This document shows, piece after piece, positions 10,806-19,274 of a stretch of 36,880 nt of DNA. The stretch spans positions 1 to 36,880 of the forward strand of contig JBILBJ010000001.1 in the NCBI GenBank assembly GCA_044353705.1, given 5' to 3'. The stretch is from Sphingorhabdus sp. GTDB taxonomy: Bacteria > Pseudomonadota > Alphaproteobacteria > Sphingomonadales > Sphingomonadaceae. A program made the position numbers and the translations under genes. Within the stretch, counting starts at the first letter, position 1. Every line of letters starts with the position of its first letter. The notes below the pieces were generated by a model. The model searched no databases. It had not been told where the DNA came from and saw only the letters and a program-made list of their open reading frames with translations.

Positions 10806-10990
10806 TTCTGGCTGCTGAACGGCGTGCAATTAATGCTGCGCTCATCTTCGTCCCGCTAAGTGATTGTGGACATCATGCAACATTTGGCCAAAAATCACGT
10901 TATTCGAAAGATAAATTGGATGGGCCCCTTTTGAATCGCCAAAAGTATGCCTATACGAACCAAAGACAGGAGAGTCGGTAAGAGAATATC

Positions 10991-11740
10991 ATGGACGTGA
11001 AGCGGGCATATAAGCGGAAATACGCAACGATTGTGGCAACATTGCTAGCAACGGCTTCGCTCGCGGTTTCGCCCTTCGTTGTTCCTGCTTTTGCTGCAAG
11101 GGCTTTTTCGCAAGAGCCGTCGGCTGGACCAAGCTGGATTTCGATGTTCACGCCTGCGGGTGGTGACAGTGTTTTGGCACAGAAATTCTCGGCCGCACGC
11201 ATTGAACCAAGTGCGCGCTTCCCATTTACGCCTGCAAACGCCGGTGATAGCCGCACAATCACAGTGGCGGCACGCGCGAATTCGCGTTTGACCGCTGGCG
11301 CCGTTTCCATCCGCAATGCGCTGGCATCCAGCGAAGTTGGTGCGGGCAAGGGTCTTCGTCTTTCGGCGGTGGACTATCGTTTGACAGCATCAAAGGGCTG
11401 GCAAGGTTTCGCTTTGCCTGCTGCACAGCGTCGCACAGTTAAAGCACCGTTGAGCGAGCTTGGAAAAAGCAGCTTCTCGTTGGATGAGACCGCAAGCAAG
11501 CCAAGCAAGTTCAGCACAAATATCAAATTGGACCAAAGCCGCGAATTGGCACCGCCAGCACGCGGCAGCGCAGCGTCGGGCGATTACAAGCTTGATGTGG
11601 GCGGAAGCTTCTCAATCAGCCGTAAAATCGACGTGACCGCCGGTGTTCGTTATGCCAGCGAAAATGACCGCGTCATTCCATTGGCTGACAACCGCAAGGA
11701 CAGCGAAGCTGTCTATGTTGGAACCAAAATCCGCTTCTAA
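10991..11740 (+). CDS. Exported hypothetical protein with C-terminal amphipathic beta-strands ending in Phe
   Basis: Signal-peptide-like N-terminus; C-terminal YKLDVGGSFSIS / IDVTAGVRYAS / AVYVGTKIRF; purine-rich element upstream of the ATG. Confidence 0.8.
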   Translation: MDVKRAYKRKYATIVATLLATASLAVSPFVVPAFAARAFSQEPSAGPSWISMFTPAGGDSVLAQKFSAARIEPSARFPFTPANAGDSRTITVAARANSRLTAGAVSIRNALASSEVGAGKGLRLSAVDYRLTASKGWQGFALPAAQRRTVKAPLSELGKSSFSLDETASKPSKFSTNIKLDQSRELAPPARGSAASGDYKLDVGGSFSISRKIDVTAGVRYASENDRVIPLADNRKDSEAVYVGTKIRF

Positions 11741-12285
11741 GCGGTCCTTTTCTTAAAAGCATCAATCGCCGCCCAACCGTGGATCAACCGCGGGGAAAGC
11801 ATCTGTGCGTTTCGGCGGTTCATGCCGCCAAGCGCGATGATGCGGCTCGATGGCACCAGTGTTGCGAGCCGGTTAAAAGACAACGGCCCAAGCGGTCGCG
11901 CCCCCGGGTGACTGTTTGTTGCGTAGACTGGCGATAGGAACAACAGGTCTGGGCGTGCCGCCTTCACGCCTGCAATTTCACGCGCATCATGGACTGGCGC
12001 GCTGTGCAGCAATCGCGCCGCGCGCCGGCTTCTTTGGTGAAAACCATCTGCGTGCCAACGCATCGCCGTCCGCTCGTCCCCCGCCAGCAGCAGAACATGC
12101 CCGCGCCGCCGACAAATGCGCATGACCTGCCCGAACAGCAATTTTCGCGCCGCCGCGTCCAAATGATAATGCCGGAAGATGACACCCGATCGTGCGGGAA
12201 GCCGCTGAATGGCGGGCAACAGGTCATCCCCCAGACGTTCGTCGGTCATCAGCCAGATCTTCGGCAGGGGGTGGCTTCGCGGCAT
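11737..12285 (-). CDS. Thiamine phosphate synthase/TenI-like protein
   Basis: WLMTDER, VIFRHY, HDAREI, LSPVYATNSHPGARPLG and IALGGM motifs. Confidence 0.85.
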   Translation of the reverse strand: MPRSHPLPKIWLMTDERLGDDLLPAIQRLPARSGVIFRHYHLDAAARKLLFGQVMRICRRRGHVLLLAGDERTAMRWHADGFHQRSRRAARLLHSAPVHDAREIAGVKAARPDLLFLSPVYATNSHPGARPLGPLSFNRLATLVPSSRIIALGGMNRRNAQMLSPRLIHGWAAIDAFKKRTA

Positions 12286-12308
12286 AGTTCTGCCTATAGC
12301 GTCGCGCT
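12286..12308. promoter_or_regulatory. Putative bidirectional -10 element serving two leaderless divergent genes
   Basis: 23-bp spacer with palindromic CTATAG (12294-12299). TATAGC lies 8 nt before the yggS ATG; TATAGG on the minus strand lies 7 nt before the thiE-like ATG. No SD in the spacer. Confidence 0.5.
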
Positions 12309-12995
12309 ATGCAGGAAGCGACACCAGAAACATCCGCCGGCCCTTTGGCCGCAATCCGTGAACGCATGGCGGCCGCCGCCAAGATGGCCCGGCGTGCGCC
12401 GGAAGGCATCCATCTGATTGCGGTTTCGAAAACCCGTACCGCAGAGGATATTGAGCCGTTGATTCGCGAAGGCCAAATGCTCTTCGGTGAAAACCGCGTT
12501 CAGGAAGCGGCGACCAAATGGCCCGCGTTGAAGCAGCGCTACCCCGGCGTGCAATTGCATCTTATCGGGCAGCTTCAATCCAACAAGGCGGACGAAGCGG
12601 TTACCTTGTTCGATATGATCCATTCGGTTGACCGGTTGTCGCTGGTGACGGCGCTCGGCAAGTCGATGCAAAAACAGGCGCGTCATATCCCGTGCTTCAT
12701 TCAAGTGAACATCGGCGCTGAAGAGCAAAAGGGAGGCTGCGCGGTTTCGGAATTGCCGGCATTGATTGCGGCGGCAAAGGACAGCGGTGTTCCATTGGCG
12801 GGGCTGATGTGCATACCGCCAGCGTCGATTGAGGCCGCGCCATTTTTTGCGTTGCTGGCCGAGCTCGCAGCGCGTCATGATTTGCCGCAACTGAGCATGG
12901 GCATGTCGGAAGATTTCGTCACCGCGATCATGATGGGCGCGACCTATGTGCGCGTTGGCACGGCCTTATTTGGCGCGCGCAGCAGCCCCGTTTAA
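12309..12995 (+). CDS. yggS: YggS-family PLP homeostasis protein
   Basis: IAVSK (PLP lysine), FGENRVQE, HLIGQLQSNK, LSMGMSEDF, VRVGTALFG. Confidence 0.96.
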   Translation: MQEATPETSAGPLAAIRERMAAAAKMARRAPEGIHLIAVSKTRTAEDIEPLIREGQMLFGENRVQEAATKWPALKQRYPGVQLHLIGQLQSNKADEAVTLFDMIHSVDRLSLVTALGKSMQKQARHIPCFIQVNIGAEEQKGGCAVSELPALIAAAKDSGVPLAGLMCIPPASIEAAPFFALLAELAARHDLPQLSMGMSEDFVTAIMMGATYVRVGTALFGARSSPV

Positions 12996-13661
12996 GGCAA
13001 AGCGCGCATAACCCGTCTTGGTGGCGACCACGGCTTCAACCGTCTCGCCATCCGCAACGTCGCAGGCGCGCAAGATCGCGCCGTCCTGCACATCCAGTCC
13101 GCCCGTGAGGGCGCCAAATGCGGGCATGATGATTTTGCGCGCAGTTTTGACAAAGCACCGCCGCGAGACCATTCGTCCGCGCAAGACCTGACGAAATTTC
13201 GGGTGGAAATGTCCTGAAATTTCTGGATTGGGATCGCCACGCTGCGCTTCGTGCCGAAATGTGATGCCCGACAGGCATATCTCGTCGCGCGTTTTGCCGC
13301 CCCAGATACCGCAAACCGCGCGGTCGTGGTTTCCGGTGACCCAGAGCCATTCGGTATCGCGGGTCAAGTCGATCAACAATGCTGCCGCTGACTCCGCCAG
13401 TCGGGCTTCGCCGGCATCGTCGTGGAAATTATCGCCTAAGGATATGATTTTGGCTGGCCTGTATTTGGTGCAGAGCGCTGCAATGTCCTCAAGCGTTGCG
13501 ATGCTGTCATAAGGCGGCAACATCTGGCCATTTAAGGCATAAGCGCTGGCTTTTTCCAAATGCAGATCGGACACGAGTAGCGCATTTTGGGCAGGCCAAT
13601 ATAAGGCGGCCTCACCGGCAACCTCGAATGACTGACCCCCAAATTCAAATGCATGCGACAT
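12966..13661 (-). CDS. pdeM: Ligase-associated DNA damage response metallophosphoesterase/endonuclease PdeM
   Basis: SDLHLEK, MLPPYDS, LGDNFHD, GNHD, SGHFHPK and MPAFGALTGGLD motifs. Confidence 0.9.
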   Translation of the reverse strand: MSHAFEFGGQSFEVAGEAALYWPAQNALLVSDLHLEKASAYALNGQMLPPYDSIATLEDIAALCTKYRPAKIISLGDNFHDDAGEARLAESAAALLIDLTRDTEWLWVTGNHDRAVCGIWGGKTRDEICLSGITFRHEAQRGDPNPEISGHFHPKFRQVLRGRMVSRRCFVKTARKIIMPAFGALTGGLDVQDGAILRACDVADGETVEAVVATKTGYARFALNGAAARAK

Positions 13662-13717
13662 CGTCTGCGCCTATGCGGATTGTCTATCTTTGGCGCAAGC
13701 CGTTGTGGGCTACATTC

Positions 13718-14683
13718 CTATGACGCAAGAACCATCCGTGTCTTTGGCTCCAGCGAAACGCCTTTCGGCGGATCGAAGCCCACGCGCCGGTTGCTGAAAT
13801 CAATTAGCACTCGGTCAAACAGTTTCAGTGCGTCCATACCGAGCAGGATTGCTGGCCGATCCTGAAGGTTGAGTGCCGTGAACGCGTAATTGTCGGCGAA
13901 GGTCATTGGCATATCCTTAATGATCAGCCCGCCGACCTCAATTTCGCGAATTTGGGTATAGTCACCGTTCAGGATCGTACCTGTTACACTGCGCATCTTT
14001 ACAGGGATGAAGTCAAAGGCGCGGTGCCGCCTACGCAGCTTATCGCGCAGGACGACATTGGCCATGCTGCTTTGCGCGCCGGTATCCAGAATGATGTCGA
14101 CCTTAATGCCATCAATCCGCGCGCTCGATAAAATCATCCGGCCCGCCTTGCGCCGCGCCTGCACGACAATCATGCCATTTTCGAGCTTTGTCTTGCCGCG
14201 CGTTTTACGTGACGGCAGTACATCCATTGTCTGATGGACGAAATCGAGATGCACCCGATTGTCCTCCAGACTGTCGATACCCAACAGCCCATATGCGCCG
14301 AGGTTCGCGCGCTCCAGACCGGGTGCCTCGACGCCCTGCAGGTTAACGGACGCGGTGGAAATACTGTCGATGAAAAAGCTGTTGACCTGATATCGTCCCG
14401 ATATGGTCGCGAGCGTGAGCGTTGGCCCTGCCTCCAAAGCCAGTTTGCGCGCGAGGTCATTGGCAATGACGGTCCGTTCTGCGCCGGTGTCGACGATGAA
14501 GGGGACGGCGTCGCTGCCGTTCACACGCACCTGCACGGTCATCCGGTCGCTTCGATCAATGCCGAACTGTTCGGTGATGGCGGCAACATCCGATGCAGCA
14601 TCCGGCGTAAGCGGAGGCGGCTCTTGCGCCATTGCCGATGTACTTAAAAACAGGCCGATGAATCCAATCGCGCTGTGTTGCAT
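13718..14683 (-). CDS. Exported aspartyl protease with two retropepsin-like domains
   Basis: FIVDTGA and IILDTGA catalytic motifs, each followed later by LLGID/LLGMD; signal peptide. Start moved to the ATG at 14683, 7 nt after GGAGA. Confidence 0.88.
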   Translation of the reverse strand: MQHSAIGFIGLFLSTSAMAQEPPPLTPDAASDVAAITEQFGIDRSDRMTVQVRVNGSDAVPFIVDTGAERTVIANDLARKLALEAGPTLTLATISGRYQVNSFFIDSISTASVNLQGVEAPGLERANLGAYGLLGIDSLEDNRVHLDFVHQTMDVLPSRKTRGKTKLENGMIVVQARRKAGRMILSSARIDGIKVDIILDTGAQSSMANVVLRDKLRRRHRAFDFIPVKMRSVTGTILNGDYTQIREIEVGGLIIKDMPMTFADNYAFTALNLQDRPAILLGMDALKLFDRVLIDFSNRRVGFDPPKGVSLEPKTRMVLAS

Positions 14684-14846
14684 TTTCAAATCTCCAGTGC
14701 CGCCACAATACGCCTCTTGAAGGACAGCGACAAGGCATGGCCCGTCGAACCGAATCCGCCTTTTGTCGAAGCGGAAACAAAGTCGTTTGTTGCGGCGGCA
14801 GCTTTGCGTTAGCCTCCGCACCATAAAATTAGAGAAGGGGATAAAT

Positions 14847-16763
14847 ATGAAGAAACTTCTTTTGGTTGCCGCGCTGGCTTTGCCGATGGCACCTGCCTTT
14901 GCCGATGCGCCGAAACCCGACGCGCTGGTCGCCGATGGCGTCCCTCCCGTGCCGGATGAACTGCCCGTGCAGACACGGCCCCATATGGAATTTCGTACGG
15001 CAAGCTTCTCCGGTTGGCACCCTACCGACAAATCCATGCTGATCGCCACCCGTTTCGGCAATACCGCGCAGTTGCACCGCGTCGCCGGTCCGATGATGGC
15101 CCGCAAGCAAATTAGCTTTGAGGCGGAGCCCGTTGGCGGCGGCAGCTGGGCCCCGAAAACCGGCGACATTTTGCTGACGCAGAAAGATATTGGCGGCAAT
15201 GAATTCTACCAAATCTATGCGCTGAAGGACGGCAAGCTCACGCTGCTGACCGACGGCAAAAGTCGCAACAGCATCAACGCATGGAGCGATGATGGCGAGT
15301 TGGTCGCCTATACGTCGACGCGGCGCAACGGCACCGACAATGACATCTATGTGATGAACCCGCGCGACCCATCGACAAGCCGGATGGTTGCTGAAGTCAA
15401 AGGCGGCGGTTGGAATGTCGGCGCGTTTTCGCCCGACAAGAAAAGTGCAGTCGTTGGGCAATATCTGTCGGTCAGCAATGTAGACATGTCCCTTCTCGAT
15501 CTGGCCACGGGCAAGATGACCCCAATTGGCGATCATGCTAAGGATATCGCCATTGGCGGCGCTTCTTTTGCGCCTGACGGTTCACTGTGGGTTACGTCCG
15601 ACGAAGGTTCGGACTTTCAGCGGTTGGGGACCATCGACATCGCCACCGGAAAATTCACGCCGCGCGGTCCGACAGAGAATTGGGATGTCGACAGCTTCGA
15701 CATTTCACCAGACGGCAGTTTCATCGTCTACGAAACCAACGAGGCGGGGATAAGTAAACTCAAATTGCTTGATCTGAAAACCAACAACGTCCGCGTTGTG
15801 GACGGCTTACCTGCAGGCATTATCGGCGGGTTCGAAGTCTCCGAATGGGGCGAGATCGGCGTCACTTTCAACTCGGCCCGCAGCGCGGCTGACGCGTACA
15901 GCGTTGACCCAAAAACGTTGAAGGTAACGCGCTGGACCGAAAGCGAAACCGGCGGCCTGGATGTGTCGAAGAATGTCGAACCTGAATTGCTCACGGTCAA
16001 AAGCTTTGACGGATTGTCGGTCTCGGGATTTCTCTATCGCCCCGATCCGGCGAAGTTCCCCGGAAAGCGGCCGATGATCATGAATGTGCATGGCGGTCCT
16101 GAAGGGCAATCGCGCCCTGGCTTCCAGGGGCGCAGCAACTATCTGCTGAACGAAATGGGTGTCGCGATTTTTTATCCCAATGTACGCGGCTCAACCGGAT
16201 ATGGGAAAAAATTTGTAGGCCTCGACAATGGCCCGTTCAAACGTGAGGACTCGGTCAAAGACATGGGCGCGTTTCTCGGCACGCTGGGCAAGGACCCCTC
16301 GCTTGATGCAAGCCGCTTCGGCCTCGCTGGTGGGTCCTACGGTGGCTATATGTGCTATGCCGCCGCCGTGCAGTTTAAGGATAAATTGCGTGCCACGAAC
16401 TGCATTGTCGCTATTTCCAACTTCGTCACATTTTTGGAAAACACCCAAAGCTATCGCCGCGATTTACGCCGCGTCGAATATGGCGATGAACGCGATCCGG
16501 CACAGCGGGCAAAGCTGCTTGAGATATCCCCACTGACCCGCGTGGCTGAAATCACGAAACCGATGTTTGTTGTCACCGGTGGTAACGACCCCCGTGTTCC
16601 AGCATCCGAAGCCGATCAAATCGTAAAGGCCATCCGCGACAAGGGCGGCGTCGCTTGGCATTTGTTGGGCAAAAATGAAGGACATGGCTTCGCCAAGAAG
16701 GAAAATGTCGACTATCAATTCTGGTCGACATTGATGTTCTGGAAGCAGAATTTGTTGAATTAA
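14847..16763 (+). CDS. Exported S9 (prolyl oligopeptidase family) peptidase
   Basis: Signal peptide MKKLLLVAAL; beta-propeller region; HGGPE, GGSYGG (Ser), DPRV (Asp), EGH (His). Start moved to the ATG at 14847 after AAGGGG. Confidence 0.93.
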   Translation: MKKLLLVAALALPMAPAFADAPKPDALVADGVPPVPDELPVQTRPHMEFRTASFSGWHPTDKSMLIATRFGNTAQLHRVAGPMMARKQISFEAEPVGGGSWAPKTGDILLTQKDIGGNEFYQIYALKDGKLTLLTDGKSRNSINAWSDDGELVAYTSTRRNGTDNDIYVMNPRDPSTSRMVAEVKGGGWNVGAFSPDKKSAVVGQYLSVSNVDMSLLDLATGKMTPIGDHAKDIAIGGASFAPDGSLWVTSDEGSDFQRLGTIDIATGKFTPRGPTENWDVDSFDISPDGSFIVYETNEAGISKLKLLDLKTNNVRVVDGLPAGIIGGFEVSEWGEIGVTFNSARSAADAYSVDPKTLKVTRWTESETGGLDVSKNVEPELLTVKSFDGLSVSGFLYRPDPAKFPGKRPMIMNVHGGPEGQSRPGFQGRSNYLLNEMGVAIFYPNVRGSTGYGKKFVGLDNGPFKREDSVKDMGAFLGTLGKDPSLDASRFGLAGGSYGGYMCYAAAVQFKDKLRATNCIVAISNFVTFLENTQSYRRDLRRVEYGDERDPAQRAKLLEISPLTRVAEITKPMFVVTGGNDPRVPASEADQIVKAIRDKGGVAWHLLGKNEGHGFAKKENVDYQFWSTLMFWKQNLLN

Positions 16764-16787
16764 AAAGGGGCTGCAGATCCAAATCAT

Positions 16788-16853
16788 CGTAGCCCTGATC
16801 TTCGTCGAAGGGCGCCTGTCTGCTCGTCACCCTTCGACAGGCTCAGGGCTACG
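16788..16853. repeat. REP-like palindromic element between convergent genes
   Basis: Arms CGTAGCCCTGATCTTCGTCGAAGGG (16788-16812) and CCCTTCGACAGGCTCAGGGCTACG (16830-16853) are near-perfect inverted repeats; T-rich run follows. Confidence 0.7.
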
Positions 16854-16861
16854 GTTTCTTT

Positions 16862-19267
16862 TTAAGGTGTCATCGCAATACCGGCGAGGCTTTCGGCCTC
16901 TATCAGCAGCGCGTCATCGACCGACCCCTGCGCCACACTCTCGCGGCCAATCATCACTAGCAACGGTACGGCGAGTGGGCTGACGCGTTCAAGGTCGACA
17001 TGCAGCATCGTTTCGGCGGCGCGGCCTAGCAAATCACCAAGCCGCCCAACGTCGGTCAACCGCGTGCGCGCGTCGGCCCACGCTGCCTCCAGCAAAAGAT
17101 GGTCTGGCTCATATTTGCGCAGCACATCGTAGATGAGGTCAGTGGAAAAAGTGACCTGCTTGCCCGTCTTGCGCTTGCCGGGATGCTGCCGCTCGACAAG
17201 GCCACTGATGACGGCCACCTCGCGAAACGCGCGCTTCAATAAATAGCTCGTTTCCACCCACTCGACAAATTCATCCGCCAAAATGTCGGAGGAGAAAAGC
17301 GGGCGTGGGTCTGTGATGGGCTTCAGGCTCCAGACCCCCAAGGCATAATCGCTGGCGACAAAGCCCATGGGCATCAGGCCACGACTTTCCATGCGGCGGG
17401 TGATGAGCATGCCTAGCGACTGGTGTGCGTTCCAACCTTCAAACGGATAGGTCACCATATAATGACGCTTGTCGTGCGGGAATGTCTCGACGAGAAGCTG
17501 GCCGGGCTTGGGCATCTGGCTGCGATAGGCCTGCATTTCCAGCCACTCGCGCACTTCGTCGGGAAAGCGCGCCCAGCCTGCGCGATCGGTCAACATCTGC
17601 CGCACCCTGTCCGCAAGATGCGTGGTGAGCGGCAGGCGCGCGCCCATATAGCTTGGGATATTATTGGCAGGCTTCGTCGCGGCGCGGACAATGAGGTCGA
17701 GGTCCTTGATGGATTCCACCTCAAGCGCCATGCCTGCGAAGGTAAATGTGTTGCCGGGGCTAAGCGTGGAGGCGAAGGATTCCTCTACCTTGCCCAACTT
17801 GCGGCCATTGCGGAAACGGATTTCGAGCATCGGCGCATCGACAATGATGCCTGCATTAAACCGGTGCTGCGCGGCAAATTGCGGGTGCGACAGCCGCCAC
17901 CTACCGTCGGGGTCTTTGACCAGTTTCTTGAAACGGTCATACGCCCTCAACGAATAGCCACCCGTCGCGACAAAGGCGATGACGCGGGCAAAGGTCGCGG
18001 CGTCCATCGCGGAATAAGGCAGGGCAGATTGCACCTCCGCCAGCAACTGTTCCTCATCAAACGGCCCCGCGCAGGCGATGCCCATGACATGCTGCGCCAA
18101 GACGTCATAGCTTCCGGGGCGGAAGGTTTCCCCATCGCGCACGCCCTCGGTCACCGCGTCATAGGCGGCCTGCGCCTCTAGATATTCGAAGCGATTGCCG
18201 GGCACGAGGATGGCCTTGGATGGCTCGTCCATCCGGTGGTTCGACCGGCCAATGCGCTGCAGCAGCCGTGACGATCCTTTGGGCGCACCCATTTGAATGA
18301 CGCAATCGACATCGCCCCAGTCGACACCCAGATCGAGCGAGGCTGTGCACACCAAGGCGCGCAATTTGCCGTCGGCCATCGCGCCTTCGACCTTGCGGCG
18401 CGCCTCAATCGACAGCGACCCGTGATGAATGCCGATGGTATATTTGGGCTCATTTGCGTCCCACAATTTCTGGAAGATAAACTCGGCTAGGAAGCGGGTG
18501 TTGCAGAATATCAGGGTGATTTTGTTGCGGCCAATTTCGTCGATCAGCTGCGGTATCGCATGCTGCCCGCTGTGCCCCGCCCATGGCACGCGGCCTTCGG
18601 GGAGGAGGATGGTCAGCTCAGGCTCTGCCGCTGCCTCGCCTTCGACCAAGCGCACTTGGTCGATGTCGCCATGGGGCGCGAGCCACGCGCGATAGTCATC
18701 GGGATCGGCGACGGTGGCGGATAGGGCAGCGCGTTGCAAATCGGGTGCGAGCGTTTGCAGACGCGCAAGCGACAGGCTGAGCAAGTCGCCGCGCTTACCA
18801 TTGGCGAAGGCATGCACTTCATCGACGATCACCCGCTTGAGCGTCGAGAACATATGCACGCTGTCTTCGTGGCTAAGCAGCAGTGACAATGATTCGGGCG
18901 TAGTTAGCAATATATGTGGCGGCTTCACCCGTTGCCGCGCCTTGCGGTCCGACGGCGTATCGCCAGTGCGCGCCTCGACGCGAATGGGTAGGCGCATTTC
19001 CTCGATCGGGATTAGCAGATTGCGGCGCACGTCGGTCGCGAGTGCCTTGAGCGGGGAGATATAGAGTGTGTGTAAGCCGTCCGAGGGAGCGTCAATCAAA
19101 TCTTTGAGGCTCGGTAAAAATCCGGCCCACGTTTTACCTGCACCGGTCGCGGCCACCAGCAGGGCATGCCGGCCATCGCGTGCCGCTTCGACCATCTCCA
19201 ACTGATGCCGTCGCGGTTGCCACCCGCGCGCGGCGAACCAGTTGAGGATGATGGGCGGTAAGTTCAC
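16862..19267 (-). CDS. lhr: Ligase-associated DNA damage response DEXH-box helicase (Lhr-core)
   Basis: ATGAGKT, YISPLKALA, TTPESL, DEVH, LSAT, HHGSL, SLDLGVDWG, QRIGRS. Start moved to the GTG at 19267, just past the pgmG stop. Confidence 0.92.
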   Translation of the reverse strand: MNLPPIILNWFAARGWQPRRHQLEMVEAARDGRHALLVAATGAGKTWAGFLPSLKDLIDAPSDGLHTLYISPLKALATDVRRNLLIPIEEMRLPIRVEARTGDTPSDRKARQRVKPPHILLTTPESLSLLLSHEDSVHMFSTLKRVIVDEVHAFANGKRGDLLSLSLARLQTLAPDLQRAALSATVADPDDYRAWLAPHGDIDQVRLVEGEAAAEPELTILLPEGRVPWAGHSGQHAIPQLIDEIGRNKITLIFCNTRFLAEFIFQKLWDANEPKYTIGIHHGSLSIEARRKVEGAMADGKLRALVCTASLDLGVDWGDVDCVIQMGAPKGSSRLLQRIGRSNHRMDEPSKAILVPGNRFEYLEAQAAYDAVTEGVRDGETFRPGSYDVLAQHVMGIACAGPFDEEQLLAEVQSALPYSAMDAATFARVIAFVATGGYSLRAYDRFKKLVKDPDGRWRLSHPQFAAQHRFNAGIIVDAPMLEIRFRNGRKLGKVEESFASTLSPGNTFTFAGMALEVESIKDLDLIVRAATKPANNIPSYMGARLPLTTHLADRVRQMLTDRAGWARFPDEVREWLEMQAYRSQMPKPGQLLVETFPHDKRHYMVTYPFEGWNAHQSLGMLITRRMESRGLMPMGFVASDYALGVWSLKPITDPRPLFSSDILADEFVEWVETSYLLKRAFREVAVISGLVERQHPGKRKTGKQVTFSTDLIYDVLRKYEPDHLLLEAAWADARTRLTDVGRLGDLLGRAAETMLHVDLERVSPLAVPLLVMIGRESVAQGSVDDALLIEAESLAGIAMTP

Positions 19268-19274
19268 GCCGAGC

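Noticed and set aside
13718-15199. 493-aa ORF-track version of the aspartyl protease
   Set aside because: The N-terminal extension overlaps the S9 peptidase on the other strand; RBS and signal peptide support a start at 14683.
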